Assembly (NCBI GenBank): GCA_964433295.1
Contig: CAYSQV010000002.1
Location: 1 to 26,672 of the forward strand
DNA: 26,672 nt
Direction of reading: 5' to 3'
Source: an uncultured Nitratifractor sp.
GTDB lineage: Bacteria > Campylobacterota > Campylobacteria > Campylobacterales > Sulfurovaceae
Under the pieces are notes generated by a model that did not search any database, was not told the origin of the DNA, and saw only the letters and a list, made by a program, of their open reading frames with translations. Position numbers and translations under genes: made by a program. Shown here in pieces: positions 23,932 through 26,672 of the stretch; the stretch's first letter is position 1, and the number at the start of each line of letters is the position of its first letter.

Positions 23932-24775
23932 AGCTGACACCCTCGTTCAGATAGTCTGCGGCTTCTTTTTCACTGCGTTTGTCGTGGGTTGTGATATCGG
24001 TAATGTCCCGATTTTTGACCCGCTGCTGGTCTTTTTTGTCCCAGCCTTTGACATAGTGATCGCCCGGTTTGCCAAGCGCCACTTCACGCGGCAGAACAAA
24101 AATCGCCGGCTTTTCCGTCACGCAGGCCTTTTCGCACAGACCGCATCCGGTACACGCATCCATGTCCACAACGGGCTCCAAAAATGCATGCTTGCCGGTA
24201 CGGGGGTTGCGATTGTATTTCAGGCTGATCGCTTCGTCCATCAAAGGACACGCGCGATAGCAGGCATCGCACTGGATCCCCCAGAAAGCGATACAGGAGT
24301 TCTGGTCGACAACCGCCAGTCCCATATCCATCTTTCGGAAGTCCAGTTGCCCCTCTTCGTTGGTCACCGAGGCCTCGTCCAGCGCACCGGTGGGACACAC
24401 GGGAACGCACGGAATATCATCGCACATGTAGCACGGGACATCGGCCGCGACGAAATAGGGGGTGCCGATGGCAACCCCGTCGGTATCGGCCTGAGCCATT
24501 TTGATCGTCTCGGGACGCGGCTTGCCGGTCTCCTTGTCGATGTTGCTCTCACGGTTGCGGCACGCTTCGGCACACAGCCCGCATTTGATACACGTACGCA
24601 AAAAATCCTCTTCGGGGAGTGCCGCGGGGGGACGCAAGGTCAGCACGCTTCCGCGTGCTTTGTCTGCATATCCGGCCCACAACAGTCCGCCGAGAAGACC
24701 CAAGCCGGCATGATGTGCCGTGTCGGTAAAAAACCGACGCCGGGCAGTGATCTCAGGCTTGTTTTTGGTGCTCAT
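23924..24775 (-). CDS. napG: Ferredoxin-type protein NapG
   Basis: Tat-like RRRFF signal, LRPPAA, CIKCGLCAEAC, PCYMCDDIPCVPVCPTGAL, CDACYRACP and CTGCGLCEKAC. Confidence 0.96.
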   Translation of the reverse strand: MSTKNKPEITARRRFFTDTAHHAGLGLLGGLLWAGYADKARGSVLTLRPPAALPEEDFLRTCIKCGLCAEACRNRESNIDKETGKPRPETIKMAQADTDGVAIGTPYFVAADVPCYMCDDIPCVPVCPTGALDEASVTNEEGQLDFRKMDMGLAVVDQNSCIAFWGIQCDACYRACPLMDEAISLKYNRNPRTGKHAFLEPVVDMDACTGCGLCEKACVTEKPAIFVLPREVALGKPGDHYVKGWDKKDQQRVKNRDITDITTHDKRSEKEAADYLNEGVSYE

Positions 24776-24796
24776 GCTTGCTTCCTTTGATCTAAA

Positions 24797-26672
24797 TTAT
24801 GCTTTGGTTATCTTGACCGCACATTTCTTGTAGTCGGTCTGTTTGGACATCGGGCAGGTTGCATCGAGTGTCACCTTGTTGATGAAGACCTTTTCGTCAA
24901 ACCACGGGACAAAGACCAATCCTTGAGACGGACGGTTACGGCCATGGGTTTCGACGCGGGCTTTGACCTTGCCGCGGCGCGATTCGACCCAGACGAGATC
25001 TCCACGCTTGAGGCCTTTGTTTTTGGCATCTTTGGGGTGCATATAGCACAGTGCTTCGGGCACCGCACGGAAGAGCTCAGGTACCCGCATGGTCATGGTG
25101 CCGCTGTGCCAGTGTTCCAGCACCCGTCCGGTACACAGCCAGGTGTCGTAGGTCTCATCCGGCTTTTCCGGGGGATCCATGTAGGGGCGTGCATAGATCT
25201 TGGCTTTGTTGGGCAGCGGTTTTTTGGTCTTGTCTTTGATCCCCTTCAGGTCTCCCTGAGCCAGGGCTTTGGCCAGCGTACCGTAGAACGCGAAGTCTCC
25301 GCCGGGGTTGGCTTTGGCTGCGTAGGGATCGTACTTACAGTTGAAGCGCCACTGGGTCTCTTTGCCGTTGACGACTGGCCACTTGAGTCCGCGGACTTTG
25401 TGATAGGTGACAAAATCGGCCAGGTCGTGTCCGTGTCCGCGGCCGAAGCTGGCGTATTCTTCGAAGAGATACTGATGGATCATAAAGCCGTAGCCTTTGA
25501 ATACCTCACCGTCGCTCCCTTTGACGTTACGTGCATCGCCGATGCACTCCGAGTTGTCGTACCCTTTTTGCGGGAAGCTCTCAAGGTCAATCTTGTAGGC
25601 TTTGGCCCGCTCATTGGCAAAGAGGATCTCAAACATGGTGGTGTCTTCGGAGTAGCCCATTTTCTTGGCCTCTTCAATGACACTGGGCAGAGGCTTTTTG
25701 CGCGGTCCGCTTGGAGCATACTCACCCCAGAGATCTTTGACCGTAAAACGCTTGGAGAGCTCAACCCACTGCCAGGTATCCGACATGGCCTCGCCCACAG
25801 GAAGAACCTGCTGACGCCAATGCTGAGTACGACGCTCGGCATTACCGTACGCGCCCCACTTCTCGTAGATCATCGCGGAGGGGAGAACCAGGTCGGAGAC
25901 TTTGGCTGAGATACCGGGATAGCCATCCGATGTGACGATGAAGTTGTCCATCTCACGGGCGGCTTTGATCCAGTGGTTTGCGCTCGCACTGTCCTGATAG
26001 GGGTTACAGACGTTGACCCACGCAAACTTGATCAGGCCGTCTTCGATGCCGCGGTGGATCGCCATGATGTGCTGCTTGCCAACCGGGTTGAGTGTGCCCG
26101 CAGGAATGTGCCAGCCCTTCTCGGTAATAGCACGGTGTTTTGGGCTTTTGACCATCATGTCCGCCGGCAGTCGGTGGCAGAAAGTACCGACTTCACGTGC
26201 CGTACCACATGCAGAAGGCTGACCTGTCAGAGAGAAGGCACCTGAGCCCGGCTTAGCCTGCTTGTTGAGCATAAAGTGGACGTTGTAGCTGAGGGTATTG
26301 ACCCAGGTACCACGGGTATGCTGGTTCATCCCCATGGTCCAGAAAGATACTACTTTTCGACCTTTTTCGATGTAGAGATCGGCGAGCATCTGGAGTTTCT
26401 TTTTGAACGCCTCGATGTCTTCGTTGGGATCCCCTTTGGCGATCTTGGCTACATAATCAAGGGTGAAAGGCTCGAGAGATTTTTTGTACTCTTCGAAGCT
26501 GATCTCCCAATGCTTGAGGGTACCGGCGGTGTTTTTCATCACGTCACCCTCTTTGTATCCGTACGGAGCCAATGCGGGTGCTTCGGTCGCGGAGACTTTT
26601 TTCTCCATCTCTTTTTTGATGGTCTCCATCTCAAGATCGGTGTATTTGCCCTCTTTGAGTGATTTCTCACCC
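24797..26672 (-). CDS. napA: Periplasmic nitrate reductase catalytic subunit, 5' part outside the window
   Basis: Frame is open to the window edge. [41 protein letters not shown] and [14 protein letters not shown] are NapA signatures. Confidence 0.98.
   Translation of the reverse strand, partial: GEKSLKEGKYTDLEMETIKKEMEKKVSATEAPALAPYGYKEGDVMKNTAGTLKHWEISFEEYKKSLEPFTLDYVAKIAKGDPNEDIEAFKKKLQMLADLYIEKGRKVVSFWTMGMNQHTRGTWVNTLSYNVHFMLNKQAKPGSGAFSLTGQPSACGTAREVGTFCHRLPADMMVKSPKHRAITEKGWHIPAGTLNPVGKQHIMAIHRGIEDGLIKFAWVNVCNPYQDSASANHWIKAAREMDNFIVTSDGYPGISAKVSDLVLPSAMIYEKWGAYGNAERRTQHWRQQVLPVGEAMSDTWQWVELSKRFTVKDLWGEYAPSGPRKKPLPSVIEEAKKMGYSEDTTMFEILFANERAKAYKIDLESFPQKGYDNSECIGDARNVKGSDGEVFKGYGFMIHQYLFEEYASFGRGHGHDLADFVTYHKVRGLKWPVVNGKETQWRFNCKYDPYAAKANPGGDFAFYGTLAKALAQGDLKGIKDKTKKPLPNKAKIYARPYMDPPEKPDETYDTWLCTGRVLEHWHSGTMTMRVPELFRAVPEALCYMHPKDAKNKGLKRGDLVWVESRRGKVKARVETHGRNRPSQGLVFVPWFDEKVFINKVTLDATCPMSKQTDYKKCAVKITKA

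Noticed and set aside
21913-26672. Absence of napC as a novelty
   Set aside because: napC-less operons using NapGH are the established arrangement in Campylobacterota.

Overview
A gene-dense chromosomal window from a Campylobacterota (Epsilonproteobacteria) bacterium, most like the Sulfurovum/Nitratifractor group. That assignment is an inference from the napAGHBF-L-D operon without napC, TATAAT promoters, and a gene order I recall from Campylobacter. Almost everything from 4645 to the right end is on the minus strand: a 5'-truncated napA, then napG, napH, napB, napF, an inserted acidic ORF, napL, napD, a membrane protein, rsmE, rpmE, rsmI, rlmB, a RodZ-like membrane protein, an AlaC/DapL-like aminotransferase, hom, yajQ, an orphan Cys-type formate dehydrogenase catalytic subunit, yfdX, a 2-TM hypothetical, yraN, trxA, trxB, dapB and purF. 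The left end holds an MFS transporter, a Na/Pi cotransporter, a signal-peptide-bearing small heat-shock protein and a DUF2231-like protein. I found no rRNA, tRNA, CRISPR array, transposase or phage gene. The unexplained signal is mostly non-coding: two intergenic elements built from 7-nt-periodic repeats, a ~150-nt structured rpmE leader, SD-sequestering hairpins before the sHsp and purF, an HspR/HAIR-like operator before yfdX, and a REP-like dimer before yraN. All structures were folded by eye; nothing was computed or searched.
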